From NCBI GenBank assembly GCA_002104905.1, contig MCFE01000129.1, forward strand, positions 1 to 64,000: a stretch of 64,000 nucleotides of DNA, read 5' to 3'. This DNA comes from Basidiobolus meristosporus CBS 931.73. Its lineage: Eukaryota > Fungi > Basidiobolomycota. Below are positions 11,509-23,235 of the stretch, piece by piece (position 1 is the first letter of the stretch; every line of letters starts with the position of its first letter). Both the position numbers and the translations under genes were made by a program. A model generated the notes under the pieces. It saw only the letters and a list, made by a program, of their open reading frames with translations. It did not search any database and had not been told where the DNA came from.

Positions 11509-14500
11509 CTACTTCTGGGCCGAGTCCATTTGCTGGCTGAAGCCAAGCGCTCCGATCTCAAGTGGCAGATCGGTGAGGTCGGGGTTCTCCATGTCCTTGA
11601 CGAACTGGTCCTTCTGCTCTTCCTCGGTAGCCAACACCGGCTGCTCATCCGAGTCTTCCTCCTCCGAATCCACCTCGATCTTCCCTCTCATTATCGTCTC
11701 TCGAGCCCGGTTGAACGCCACCTCGTACATGCTAGGCAGATGGTCCATCACCATGCTGCCGCGGATCAACAGCTCCGAGAAATTCTCCACCTCCGTTCGC
11801 TCCATCAGGGTTCGATGGGGCTCGGCATCGGTCGGCTTGGAGTAGACATGGAACACACTGCCCGCGATATAGAGCTTGCGCGTAGATGGAAAGGGTGGGG
11901 TTAGGTCGGGGGCCTGGGGTGCGGTATGCGGAGGCGAGCTTACCTTGGGCTTGGCCCATCGCTGTCCTTGGAGTTTCTTGCGGTGCTCCATCAGGAAATC
12001 GAAGCGTTTCTTCCACTTCTCCGAGTCATCTTTGCTCCCAGCGGACAATCCCTGAATAATGAAGCGCAGGGGGTTAGGCTCGGGTTCGGGAACCCGTCGA
12101 CCATCAGGAAAAATAGCTGTGGAGAGGCCCCTACCCCAAATGCTAGCAACTCCTCTAGATGGCTGTCCGAAGACTCGGCCGCACACAGCACCATGGCTTT
12201 GAAGTCCATCATGCTTCCGTAGCTGAGCCGGCATATGATGTCACCCTCGTTCACGTACGAGTGGATGACATCCTCGTATTTCTTGGCCAGGTCCAGCGAG
12301 ACGGACGGCCCAGGGCCGTAGGCGTAGCACTGGATCTTGAAGTCGGGCGTGCTGGCCTCCCGGATCATGTCCAAGTAGTCCATGATCATCATGGTAAGCA
12401 CGCTGGCGGTGCTTCCTCCCAAGGAGTGTCCCACGATGTACAACGCGGACACTTTATGCTCGGAGATGTGGGCCAACAGCTGCGGGATGATCTCCGTCAT
12501 GAAAAACTGCGCAGACGACTTCATCCCGGAGTGGACCACTCCCCCCTTCCACGGCTGGTACTCGCACACCAGATCGGTGAGGGTGTCTTGCGCGCTCTAG
12601 AGGAAATGTTGAATACGGGTTAGGACCTGCTTAGCTCCGCCTCGATCCGCGTAATAGTCGGTTACCATGGTCCCACGAATGCTCAACACGATCGAGTTGG
12701 TCCCCCTGTCCAAAGCAATGAAGTAGCTTGGCTGAAACACTTGTCCCTTGAGGAACTCGAACCCGAGCAGATCTTCCGGGGGAAGCGCCAGGAATTCTCG
12801 TATACTGAGGGCGTCGGATCCTTTGCGGATCACCCCTGGGGTTGGGAAATGGTTAGTCAGGGAGCCTTGCTGGTCGATGTTCTGTGCGAGAGCTACCTGC
12901 GACAAGGTTGTTTGTTTTCCCGAAGAAATGGAGTCCTCGCCAGCCCTACATCCGATCGCGTAAGCGTTGAGTCCTCTTAGATCATCTGTCCGCCCCCTCC
13001 CAATCCAACATATACATACATAGGCAGCCATGGCGTACTTGTAGAAATGAGTGGGGTACTCGATCTCTTGCAAGCTTTCGATGTACCGGCCCGTTTTCAC
13101 GCTATTCATGAACGGAACGGGGTTAGCGGTGTGTGAGATGACCATTTCCAACGAGCGCCATGCTTACTCCGCCACTGTCCCATAGAACTTCTCTAGGATA
13201 AGGAGCCCTGCTAAGATCTCCACGTTGGATGCGACCAAGCCTTGGCCCTGTGACATAGATAGCTTCGTTAGAACCACCTTTTATCAAGAGTCCTTGGGAG
13301 GGATCGACTTACAAACGCCGCGGACAGCTTGCTGATCCCTCGAAGCACCTGCAGCGTTTCATCCGAGATGATGTACTTGCTTAGAGAAGAAAGAAACGAC
13401 GCTGGCTGACCCGGCTTCTCCTCATCGGGTCCATCCAAACTAAACAGATACTCCTCTTTGTCGAGGACACTTCTCCGGCTCCCATCCTCCTCGATCTTTC
13501 GGAACCCGTGGTATTCCTGCTCCAGCGCCGATTCCAATCGGCTTCGGAAGATCTTCTGGATGTTGGCCTCCAGCTCCTCATTCTCCGCCTTCATGTTGGT
13601 CTCCGGGGACTCCTCGATCCCTTGGAACCTGTAGTTGATCCGCACCTGGATGGCTCCCCGGTTGACCGAGTCCGTGTTCCAGGCGTTCAGCGAGGTGATG
13701 TTGCTCGGGGAGAACCGTTTGTCCCACAGCTCGAAATAGCTATGGGTGAGGGTGAAGTGGGTTAGGTTGGAGAAAAGCATGTTATGTGGCGAGCCACCTC
13801 TTGTCGAAGGTTACCTGTGAAAGCACTCGGGCATCCCTTCCAACTGGGACAATGGGATCTCGGCTCTTCCCACGTGCTTGTCCGGGAAGAGTAGGTTCGA
13901 CTCATACAGATCTAACTGAGGGAGGGAGTTGAGGGCGCATGCGCGTAACGGAGAAGAGGTGTGTGGGAGGAGAGGTCTTACCTGGCATATTCCGAACAGC
14001 TGCTCATGGTAGGTGACCACGAACTCGAAGCCTTCGTTCCAGTAGCCTTCTGGCTCGTCCGACACGGAGGTCTGAAAGATTTGGTCTACACGGGAAGCAT
14101 CGAAGGGGGGAGCCAAGGTTAGTTTCAAAATCCTACCAACAACCGAACAAAACGGCTGGCCGTGAAATCACCTCCAAGTACGATCCGAACGTATGGCCGT
14201 CGGACGGGCTGGTTGACCGAGGCCTTGATGACTCTGATCTAGGAAAAGTGGGTGTGAATGTTCCATCGGTGGGGTATTGAAGGGCGAGGTGGGGTTTTAG
14301 CTTACTTGCAGTTTTCCATCTGGTACTTTCCAGAGGTTGTTCTCCGGGACGACATTGGCGTGAATCGAGGAAAGCTGGGTGGTGGGTAAAGGGCTCCTGA
14401 GGAGCTCAGAGCTGGCCGAGGAAGAGCGGTTGAGGGAGCGCGATAAGGGTCTCTCGCTATCCATCCTCTGGTTGTCTTCCTCTATGGAGTGACCGCCCTC

Positions 14501-14527
14501 TTTGTCTTCAGTACTATTTTGAGACAT
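11509..14527 (-). CDS. C2-domain, class 3 lipase (diacylglycerol lipase-like), ~11 exons
   Basis: Spliced reading through ~60-85 nt GT-AG introns, several with CTAAC branch sites. C2-like part IRVIKASVNQPVRRPYVRIVLGDQIFQTSV..WNEGFEF..LDLYESNLLFPDKHVGRAEIPLSQL. Lipase part PSYFIALDRGTNSIVLSIRGTMSAQDTLTDL, VHSGM, YIVGHSLGG (Ser, ~12415-12432), CYAYGP, NEGDII (Asp), DHLPSMY (His). Acidic C-tail. Confidence 0.92.
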
Positions 14528-14745
14528 CTTTTTTCCTGGGTAAGCCTAACTAATACAATCCAAAATCAAGGAATCCTAGTGAGTGAAAGAGGTTTAAGAG
14601 AACTGACCCAGAAGTCAGGAATAGTTCAAATGGGAATCGGCACACAATCATGTATAACTTAGTCATCCTTGAAGTGGGGTTGATTACGGGTCGATTTACC
14701 CGGCAGTGACTAGGAATATTGCTGTTTTTGAATGACGCCAGGATT

Positions 14746-14778
14746 GGGGTTAGGGTTAAGGTTAGGGTTGGGTTTTGG
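14746..14778 (+). promoter_or_regulatory. Short degenerate TTAGGG cluster ~220 bp upstream of the lipase start codon
   Basis: GGGGTTAGGGTTAAGGTTAGGGTTGGGTTTT is read directly. A regulatory role is inferred from position only. Confidence 0.35.
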
Positions 14779-15199
14779 GCGGCCCTTGGCCAAATCCAAC
14801 ATAGCCGGTTATATGAAGCTCAGTATATATTATCCATAACCTAGAATAACATCGGAACTTGAGCTTAAAGCTGTGTGGGTGTCCGTTACCGCGATCCTCC
14901 TGAAGATCACATTTCCCGCATTCCCGCATTCCATCATCCATCCCCCCACCATCCTATAAGAGTTGTCTCTGTACGAATGATCGCCATCCCTAATGCCGCA
15001 GTCAAACCCTTAGCGAATCCCCTACGATTGGGCTAGCGACCAAATGAGGTGCATGGATTGTTTGTATGGAGGTCCGATGCGACTTGTCTGCACAATGTAA
15101 TCATGACACATCTCGTACACAACCTTCTGAGAAGCTCAGCGGTGAAGTTAATCTCAGCCCAGACTACGTTTTCCTCATCTGCCATCACCACATCACACG

Positions 15200-16320
15200 C
15201 TGATGTAATCTCCCCCACCAATGGGTGCTCCGCACACTTCACCGCCATGAACGGGAAGATCCCGAGAGCTCCCGGACGTTCCGAGTCCCCCCGGCCCCCC
15301 CTGGGGACCTAGTCATCATTTGCTCTGATTGTGACTGGAAACGGATCGACCCACTGTTCGGACTGGATTTGTTTCCACGGCATGCTTCCAAACCTACCAC
15401 CGAAGGACTGTCGAAGATTATGTTCCCGTAGGCCGGATTCCTGGCCTTAGGTTGGGATGGGGGCGAATCCAAATCGGCCAGGTTGGCTCGAAGCCCTTCT
15501 GTTTCTTCCACCGGCTCTGGTTCCCTCTCCCTCTCCCTATCCCTATCCCTCTGCCCCTTTCCCGCCCCACCTCTTTGTCTGCTAGTCAGCGCGATCCACT
15601 TGTCGATACGAGCCGTCTATCGCCAGTCACCTCCGACCTCTCACCCCTTGGTAGGCATCCTGGGGATATGGCGTTGATCGAGATTCCCGAAATGGGGATG
15701 CGGGTGGAAAACTCGGGTGGCGGTTGGTGGCACACCAGGCCACAGAAGAATCTCCCCGCTCGCTCATCTCCAACATCAGATTATCACCAGCAACGGCGGC
15801 ATTTCGCCTCAAGTTCCCGTGTGATGTGCCATCCAGGACTCGACTCTGAGCGACGTAACTGGTTGGGTCTAGGGTTGATTGGGTGTAACCGCCTGTCGCC
15901 CAAGCGTGGAATCAGGATTCGCTGGATCAGGTAGCATCCATCACACCATTCCCTTGTTCGCCCTCCACCGAGACTTCGATGAAAGCCCCCCCAATACTGG
16001 CCTCGTAGTCGGATCGAAATCCCGAGCACCGCGGGACTTCCGCTTTCGTTGGGTGGCCCCAAGGCTGTACGTGCATGGAAGCCTTCCAAAGTGTCGTCCG
16101 AGAAGATTCCGCCCATTTGTACCACCCCACAATGGTTCGGCCAGGAATCCCGCGGACACCGCGAGACGGAGGGCGATTCGCCCATGGGAAGGGGTTGTTC
16201 TGGGGGTAGGGCGGGTGGGAGGCCGATCCTGGATTATCCTGGGTTGGTGGGGGAAGCGGATATCCCGCATTCCAGGCCTGGTGAAAAAGTCGCGCTGCCT
16301 CTGCCCGGAGAAAGCCATGT
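15200..16320 (+). pseudogene. Possible ancient gypsy RT/RNase H relic
   Basis: VPPAPPGDLVIICSD...DLFP (RT start-like) and KAPPILAS*SD (RT-RNase H linker-like). No coherent ORF. Confidence 0.3.
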
Positions 16321-16329
16321 AAGTGCGCA

Positions 16330-17977
16330 AAGTTCCATTGCTACTCCCATCCAATATTTGTGGACAGCAATCAGTGTGGCCAAGTCGGGTGGATATTTAG
16401 GTTTATATAAAAAATTTGCACAACTCCCACCTCACCAAATGCTTTTATTGACTAGTTCCAGTTGTGATCTAAGTTATACAAATTTGTCTCCAGCTTATGG
16501 TGTGGGGAATGTATTCCACAAGATTCTGTCCTGACTCCTTATAGGCTTACCTTAAGCAGATATCAGCAGCTCCTCTCAAGTATCTAAAATCCACTTAGCT
16601 GCTGTATTATGACCAAATCCAAGGCTGTACTATGCTGACTCACAACTTAACTGAGCATCTGATATGTGGCTATATTCCCAGCATGATGTACATCAGACTA
16701 CATGCTATAGGCTGGGAAGGGAAGTCTGGGCTTTCAGATGGCACCAAGCTCTCTTGACTTGGTTGAGTTTTGGCCAATTTGTGATTTGTCTCCATTGGGT
16801 TGCTGCTAGTTGACAGTCTTCTATTTGGTATTCTTTAATCATATCATGAGTGTGCTTTCACTGCCCAAGGGGACTATTGGGATACTTCTGTCTATTGAGA
16901 ACTGTATCCCTAAGTAGTAACTGAGCTCTCCAAGATAGGAGTTTCCATGAAATCATCCAATGGTTCAGCAATCCCTTACTGGACTTAGCCACAAATATGT
17001 TTGGCAAAAAAGAACTTCTCAACTGATTCTGGGTAATAAGAACATACCCACCTGGTACACATTGGATGCTACTCCTATCATCTTAGCATGCCCACAACCA
17101 TTTTTGGAAATAAAGTTACCAAAACATTGCCCCACATAGATGAGCACAGAATAGTTATTCAACATAGTGGCAACCAAGTGTACCCCAAATTTAACAGCTT
17201 TTGTATTGTCAAGTTTGGAAAGGCACCTAAACATTCACATAACTTAGTCACCTAGATCATTGGCCACAAATATTAGAGAGCTCCAACCAAGTTTATTGCT
17301 AGGAAATACTTAGAATATTATACCAAAAATAGCTGGTACCCAGAACTTGAGACATCTGTAAGTTGTCCAATCAGCCCCAGTCTTTACACAAGCACTCTTG
17401 GAACCTTCCTAAGCATACCCTCTAGAAGCTAGCTTGTACCCAGGAGAGACCTACAATAGTTTGGTAAAGTTGTCATAATAAGAATTGGCAGCTTGTTGCA
17501 TCCAGCCCTTGATTGTGTTACTTACCAGATTACCTATATATTAAGGTGCTTAGCTGCTCAATGCCAGAGGTATTTGTGTCTCAATGTGTACATTTGTCCT
17601 TGGTAATTTCCAACTCATCCTGGCTGTGCTCCATGTGCCTACTCATCACATCCAGGATGGACATGAAGGTAAAACTCTTGACAAGAATGGGATATGGTAG
17701 TACCTGCAACTTGACTTGTTGCCCTATCTCACCACATATCTACTGCATAGGAAACTCCCAAAAGGTGAAGCACAGCCAGATATTCTCCACACACCAAGCA
17801 AGATGGAGTAGAGGATGAATACCATAGCAGCAGAGATCTACACCTACAGCTTTATGCTTGAAGTATAGCCTCTCAAACCCCATCACAAGCTCCTTACATA
17901 AAAGCTGTAGATGCATCTGGTTGGCATATGTGATTGGCTTCAGGATCAATACTCCTACAATGTCATCATAGAAGTTT
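16330..17977 (-). mobile_element. CACTA-like transposase C-terminal half, decayed
   Basis: ORF 17740-18000 (HLQLLCKELVMGFERLYFK..VDLCCYGIHPLLHLAWCVENIWLCFTFWEFPM) matches the H.L.HL...I...GP...W.F..E region downstream of the Transposase_21 core. Homologous to ~58500-59000. Confidence 0.7.
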
Positions 17978-18323
17978 TGCTGTAAGACTTGTAATTCCAC
18001 CTAAATACTCACCTAACTCAGTAACTAGGATCATTACCTTCATATCCTAGAGAATACTGACCAAATCTCTTGTTGGGATTTACTTAGAATATTGTCACCA
18101 TATTATCAGGTACCCAGAACATGAAAACTCTCAAAGTTGTCCAAACAGCACCAACCTTTGCACACATGCTCATGGGAGCTTCTTAAGCCTATTCTATAGG
18201 TTTGTAATGCCAAGAGCATGTAAAGTATAAATACTACTTTTACATCTCACAAGTCATTATGTGAAATCACAAAATCAACTTGTTCTCCCAATCACTTCCA
18301 ATATCTCCAAGACTCTAACAACA

Positions 18324-18335
18324 GGTCATGAGCCC
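18324..18335 (+). promoter_or_regulatory. Primer binding site (half-tRNA-iMet type)
   Basis: GGTCATGAGCCC here and GGTTATGAGCCC at 45374-45385, directly after the LTR end ACAACA. Complementary to the GGGCUCAUAACC anticodon arm of fungal tRNA-iMet, as in Ty5. Confidence 0.88.
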
Positions 18336-21300
18336 CAAGCTGTCACTCTCTGCAATGTCTACTAGTGCTATTACCAGATCTTCCTCCACTGCTGAAAAGT
18401 TAGATGGATCTAACTACCAAGTGTCAAAGGAGAAGATGAAGATGCTGCTACAAGAAAGAGGCCTTTGGGATATTGTCATGGGAGAAGAATGCCCTCCTAA
18501 AAATGTGGGAGAAGAAGCCTTAAAGTACCAGAAGAAAGAACAAAGTGCCTTTAGCTGCATTTGCCTTAATGTCAAGGATAAATTGCTGATTCAATACTCA
18601 GAGCAAAAACGGCAAAGAATGCCTGGAAAGCATTAGAAGACACCTACCAGTCATGTTCAGCTGCCAAGAAAATGTATCTGAGATGAAAATTCTTTACTCA
18701 AAGATGCTACCAGGAGAAGAAATGAAAAATCAAATTAACAGAATTACCCTGCTGGTAGATGAGATGGAATCTGTGGGCGCACCAATTACTGATGAGGATG
18801 TGATAGTTACAATCCTGAATAGCCTGACAGACAAGTTTCAGGGCCTTGTATCAGCCCTAGAGTCCAGAACTGAAGATTTGACCTTAAATCATGTATATGG
18901 AAGGCTCCTGAATGAAGAATTAAGAAAATCAAGCGCCAATAAGAAGGAAGAAGAAAATGCTTTAATAAGCAATGATAACCAACAAAGGAGGTACCCAAGA
19001 CCCTACAAAGGCAACAGCAACCTATTTTGCAACTACTGCATAAGGAAAGGACACACATCAGACCGGTGTCTCAAAAAGAAAGATAATCAGCAAAAGAAGC
19101 CGGAATATGGAAATGCTGCAACATCTGAAGATAGACTATTCATATCTGCACTAAATATGACCACTAACAAGGATTCTCAGATGTGGTATACTGACTCTGG
19201 AGCATCTCAACACTTTACACACCAAAAAGAACTTTTTGCCCAATATCAAGAAATTCCAATTAAGAAGGTTTTCATGGGTGATGATAGAACACTTGATGCA
19301 GTGGGAGAAGGAACTATCCAAGTAAACCTCAGAAGCAATGAAGGAAGCCATACACTTACCTTTAAAGAAGTACTCTATATACCAGAAATAGCCAAGAACC
19401 TACTCTCTGTAAGCAAGGCCACAGCAGAAGGACTCAGTTTCAGTTTTGACAATTCTGGATGCAGGATCACTGATCAAAATGGTGCCCATATTGCTTTAGG
19501 CATCAGAGATCAGAATCTATGCAAGTTGACTTATATTCCATCATATTTGGAAGCCAATATAAGTAACTCAAATGAAGAAGCACCAATGCTTTGCCACTGG
19601 AGATTTGGGCACATGAATTTTGATTATTTGCTCAAAATGATCAAAGATCAGCTAATTTCTGTAGTAAAAATTGATCCCCCAGCTAATTTGGAGCACTGGA
19701 AAGCCTGCATATATGGTAAACAAGCCAGACAACCGTTCAAGAGCTCTGGGTTAATCAAAACTAAGAAAAAATTAGATCTAATTCACTCAGATCTGTGTGA
19801 ACCTATGCAAAATTTATCCTTAGGCGGGATGAAGTATTTAATCACTTTTATTGATGCTTATACAAGATACACATGGGTCTACTTCATGGAGAGAAAGGAA
19901 GAAGCTCTGTCTAAGTTCAGGGAGTTTAAAGCCATGGTGGAGAGAGAAGCTGGTGAAAAAATCAAGAAAATACACTCTGACAATGGTGGAGAATATACCT
20001 CAAAACGCTTCATCCACTTCTGCAAGATTCATGGGATAATGCAACAGACTACTGTACCATACTCCCCACAGCAAAATGGAGTAGCAGAATGAGCTAACAG
20101 AACAATAGTTGATATGGCAAGATCTATGATCCATGATCAAAATTATCCTATGATTTTAGGGTGGAATCAGTTGCCACTGCTGTATACCTTAAAAATAGGA
20201 GTTATAACAGAATACTTTATGATTCTACTCCATTTGAAGCATGGCATGGTTACAGACCAGGTGCAGAACATCTAAGAATATCTGGGTGTACAGCATATGC
20301 CAAAAAACTGGCCGGAAATCAGTCTAAATTTGAGCCAAAAAGTGTAATATACATATTTTTGGGCTACTGCAATGAGAGTAAGGCATACAGACTCTACAAT
20401 ACCAAAGCAAAGAAGCTGATCAAGTCCAGGGATGTGTTGTTTGATGAAAATTCAAAATTTTCACAAAAATGACATCAGATGATGACAAAAATTTGATCTC
20501 AAGTCCACCAATTGTCAGGATTGAATCAGAGCAAAACAATGAAAATTTTTTAACTCCAGAGGACTCTACAACCATGGTTCAGTCAGAATCAGTGCCCAGG
20601 AATATTGCAGAAGTGATAATTCCAGTACCAAATGCCCGGAGATCCAATCAGACAAGAAATAGCCCAAATTACTATATCAATGAGGGTACAAACTTGGCCT
20701 ATGCCTATTCAGTCCACATTGATGAACCCCAGACTGTAAAAGAGGCCTTAAATAGCCCTCAGACAAAGTTTTGGAGATCTGCCATGACTGAGGAATATCA
20801 GGCCCTGATGGAAAATCAAACTTGGGACTTAGTCAAATTACCAATCAACCAAAAATCAATTGGATGCAGATGGGTCTTCAAGACAAAATACAAGGCTGCC
20901 GGTACAATTGAAAGATACAAAGCAAGACTTGTAGCCAAAGGATACTCTCAAACAAAAGGACTTGACTATACTGTGACCTTTGCACCGGTAGCCAAGTTTA
21001 ATTGCATCAGATTAATATTGGCTATTGCCGCCAAATATAAGTTTTTTATTCATCAAATGGATGTAAGAACTGCATTTTTGAATGGAGAACTTGATGAGGA
21101 TGTGTATATGGACCTGCCTGATGGGTTTGTTGACCAAGATAGCCCCCATTTGGTCTGCAAGCTTAAAAAGTCACTAAATGGTCTCAAACAATCACCAAGA
21201 GCCTGGAATTGCATGATACATTCTTATTTGGAATCTTTGAGTTTCAAAAGGAGTAATGCTGACTATAGTATATATTATAAGCCAGATAGAGCAAATCCAG

Positions 21301-22334
21301 CTCTATTAGCTCTATATGTGGATGATCTTATTATAGCCACCAATAACCTAGCAACATTGGAAGATACTAAATCCAGCCTATCTAAAGAGTTCAAGATGTC
21401 CAATCTAGGAGAACTCAGTTACTACATAGGGATTAAGTTCTCCATAGACAGAAGTACCCAGACTATCACCCTAAGCCAATCCAAGTATATTCAAGAAATA
21501 CTAAAGAAGTACCAAATGGAAGACTGTAAACCAGCAGCTACCCCAATGGATACAAACCTTAACTTGGTCAAAACTCAACCAAATCACAAGAGCTTGGTGC
21601 CATCTGAAAGCCCTGACTTTCCATATCAATCTATGGTTGGCAGTCTGATGTATATTATACTTGGAACACGACCAGTTATCCCATATCCAGTAGGAGCTGC
21701 CAGCCAACATAATCAGAACTATGGATCTGATCATATTGCAGCAGTTAAGCGGATTTTTAGATACCTAAAAGGAACTGCTGATATCTGCTTAAGATACACT
21801 TATAAAGATTCAGAACAGGATCTTGTGGGATGCTCTGATGCTGATTGGAGACAAAATTCTGAAGACAGAAGATCCACCACAGGATACACCTTTCTTTACT
21901 GCAAAGGAGCAATTTCATGGAATTCAAGAAAGCAACCAACCGTAGCACTTTCCACCACAGAGGCAGAGTATATGGCAGCCTGTGAAGCTACAAAAGAAGC
22001 AATGTGGCTAAGAAAACCTTTTACAGATTTAGGCCTATGTCAAAAAATGCCTATTACTTTATTTCAAGATAATCAAGGATGTATACAATTAGGTAGAAAT
22101 CCAACTTTTCATGCTAGAACAAAGTACATAGATATTAGACATCATTTCATACGTGAAGCTATAGAGAATAACTTAGTTAGCTTAGTTTACTGTCCTACAG
22201 ATGAAATGATTGCAGACATATTTACCATACCATTAGCTAGAGACAAGATTGAATATCTTAGGTCAAAATTAGGACTAGTCAGTATGAATATTTTACTGAG
22301 TAGGAGTGTTGTAAAAAATTGTAATTCCCCCTAA
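18328..22334 (+). pseudogene. Copia gag-pol polyprotein, interrupted by a few stops and frameshifts
   Basis: CCHC CNYCIRKGHTSDRC, protease DSGAS, GAG-pre-integrase HWRFGH, integrase IHSDLC..FIDAYTR..SDNGGEY..PQQNGVAE, RT HQMDVRTAFLNG..LYVDDLII, RNase H SDADW..QDNQGC..ADIFT. Confidence 0.95.
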
Positions 22335-22655
22335 ATATTCACCTAACTTAGTCACTTTGATCATTACCCTCAAATCCTGGAGAATACTGACCAAATTCCT
22401 TGTTGGGATTTACTTTGAATATTTTCACCAAAATACCTGGTACACAGAACATGAAAATTCTCAAAGTTGTCCAAACAGCCCCAAACTTTGCACACATGTT
22501 CTTAGGACCTTTCTTAACCTATTCTATGTGTTTGTAATGCCAAGACCAGGCAAAAGCATAAATACTACTTTTGCATTCAATAAATCATTAAGTGAAAACC
22601 ACATAATCTACTTGTTCTCCAAATCACTTCCAATATCTCCAAGACTCTTACAGCA

Positions 22656-23030
22656 GTTAGTTAAGATGAGCTCACAATTCTTCAATGAACCTGCTTCTTC
22701 AGAGCTATCACTCTGGATGCCATATTCAGAAGGCTGGGGTGAGCCTAAAGGCATCACAAACTCACTTGACTCAGTTTGTGCAAGATAACAAGTACAGCTA
22801 GATGCTGTTATAAATGTATTAAGGGACTGGCAAGATATTGTGGATTCAGTAGTGACTGGTTAATGGTCAAATATGACTTGTGTGGCAAAACACTGGCCAT
22901 GATCCTTGAGTACTTCCTATGCTTTCTGTGTGCTTTGTGGCTGAGATGCATGCTACAATAGCCACATGGTCTTTTACTCTTCTCTTACAGTATTTAATCA
23001 AAGTAGTCTTGTCCATGGGGAAAAGAGCTT
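22656..23030 (-). mobile_element. CACTA-like transposase N-terminal fragment
   Basis: GAGCTATCACTCTG.ATGCCATATTCAGAAGGCTG.GGTGAGCCTAA is shared with ~60730-60780. Confidence 0.7.
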
Positions 23031-23235
23031 TACACTCAACAGCATAAGGTAACTATTTAACTTTTTTGTCAATATTCATATGAATTTAAGACAGACTTGT
23101 ATTTGAGATATTGCACCTACATGAATATAAGATTCAGTGATGACCCACCATAGTAAGCATTATAAATTAAGTTGTGGCACCACATACAAACTTATATGCA
23201 GCAACATATCCCCTGTAGTATGACTAACTTATATA

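Larger units (their letters stand above)
17978..22655 (+). mobile_element. Near full-length Ty1/copia LTR retrotransposon (LTRs 17978-18323 and 22307-22655; no TSD)
   Basis: TG..CA LTRs, PBS 18324-18335, purine tract GAGTAGGAG 22298-22306, gag-PR-INT-RT-RH domain order. Confidence 0.97.

Noticed and set aside
11479-12623. Long + strand ORFs (141, 154 aa and others)
   Set aside because: They are antisense shadows of the GC-rich lipase exons.
14746-14778. True or healed telomere
   Set aside because: Only two perfect units, internal, next to a gene.
16049-16534. 161-aa ORF
   Set aside because: It spans the junction between the CpG-rich block and a decayed transposase, with no recognisable domain.
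18653-18700. Separate gene starting MFSCQENV
   Set aside because: It is a frameshift artefact of the single gag-pol ORF (compare 45321-46262).
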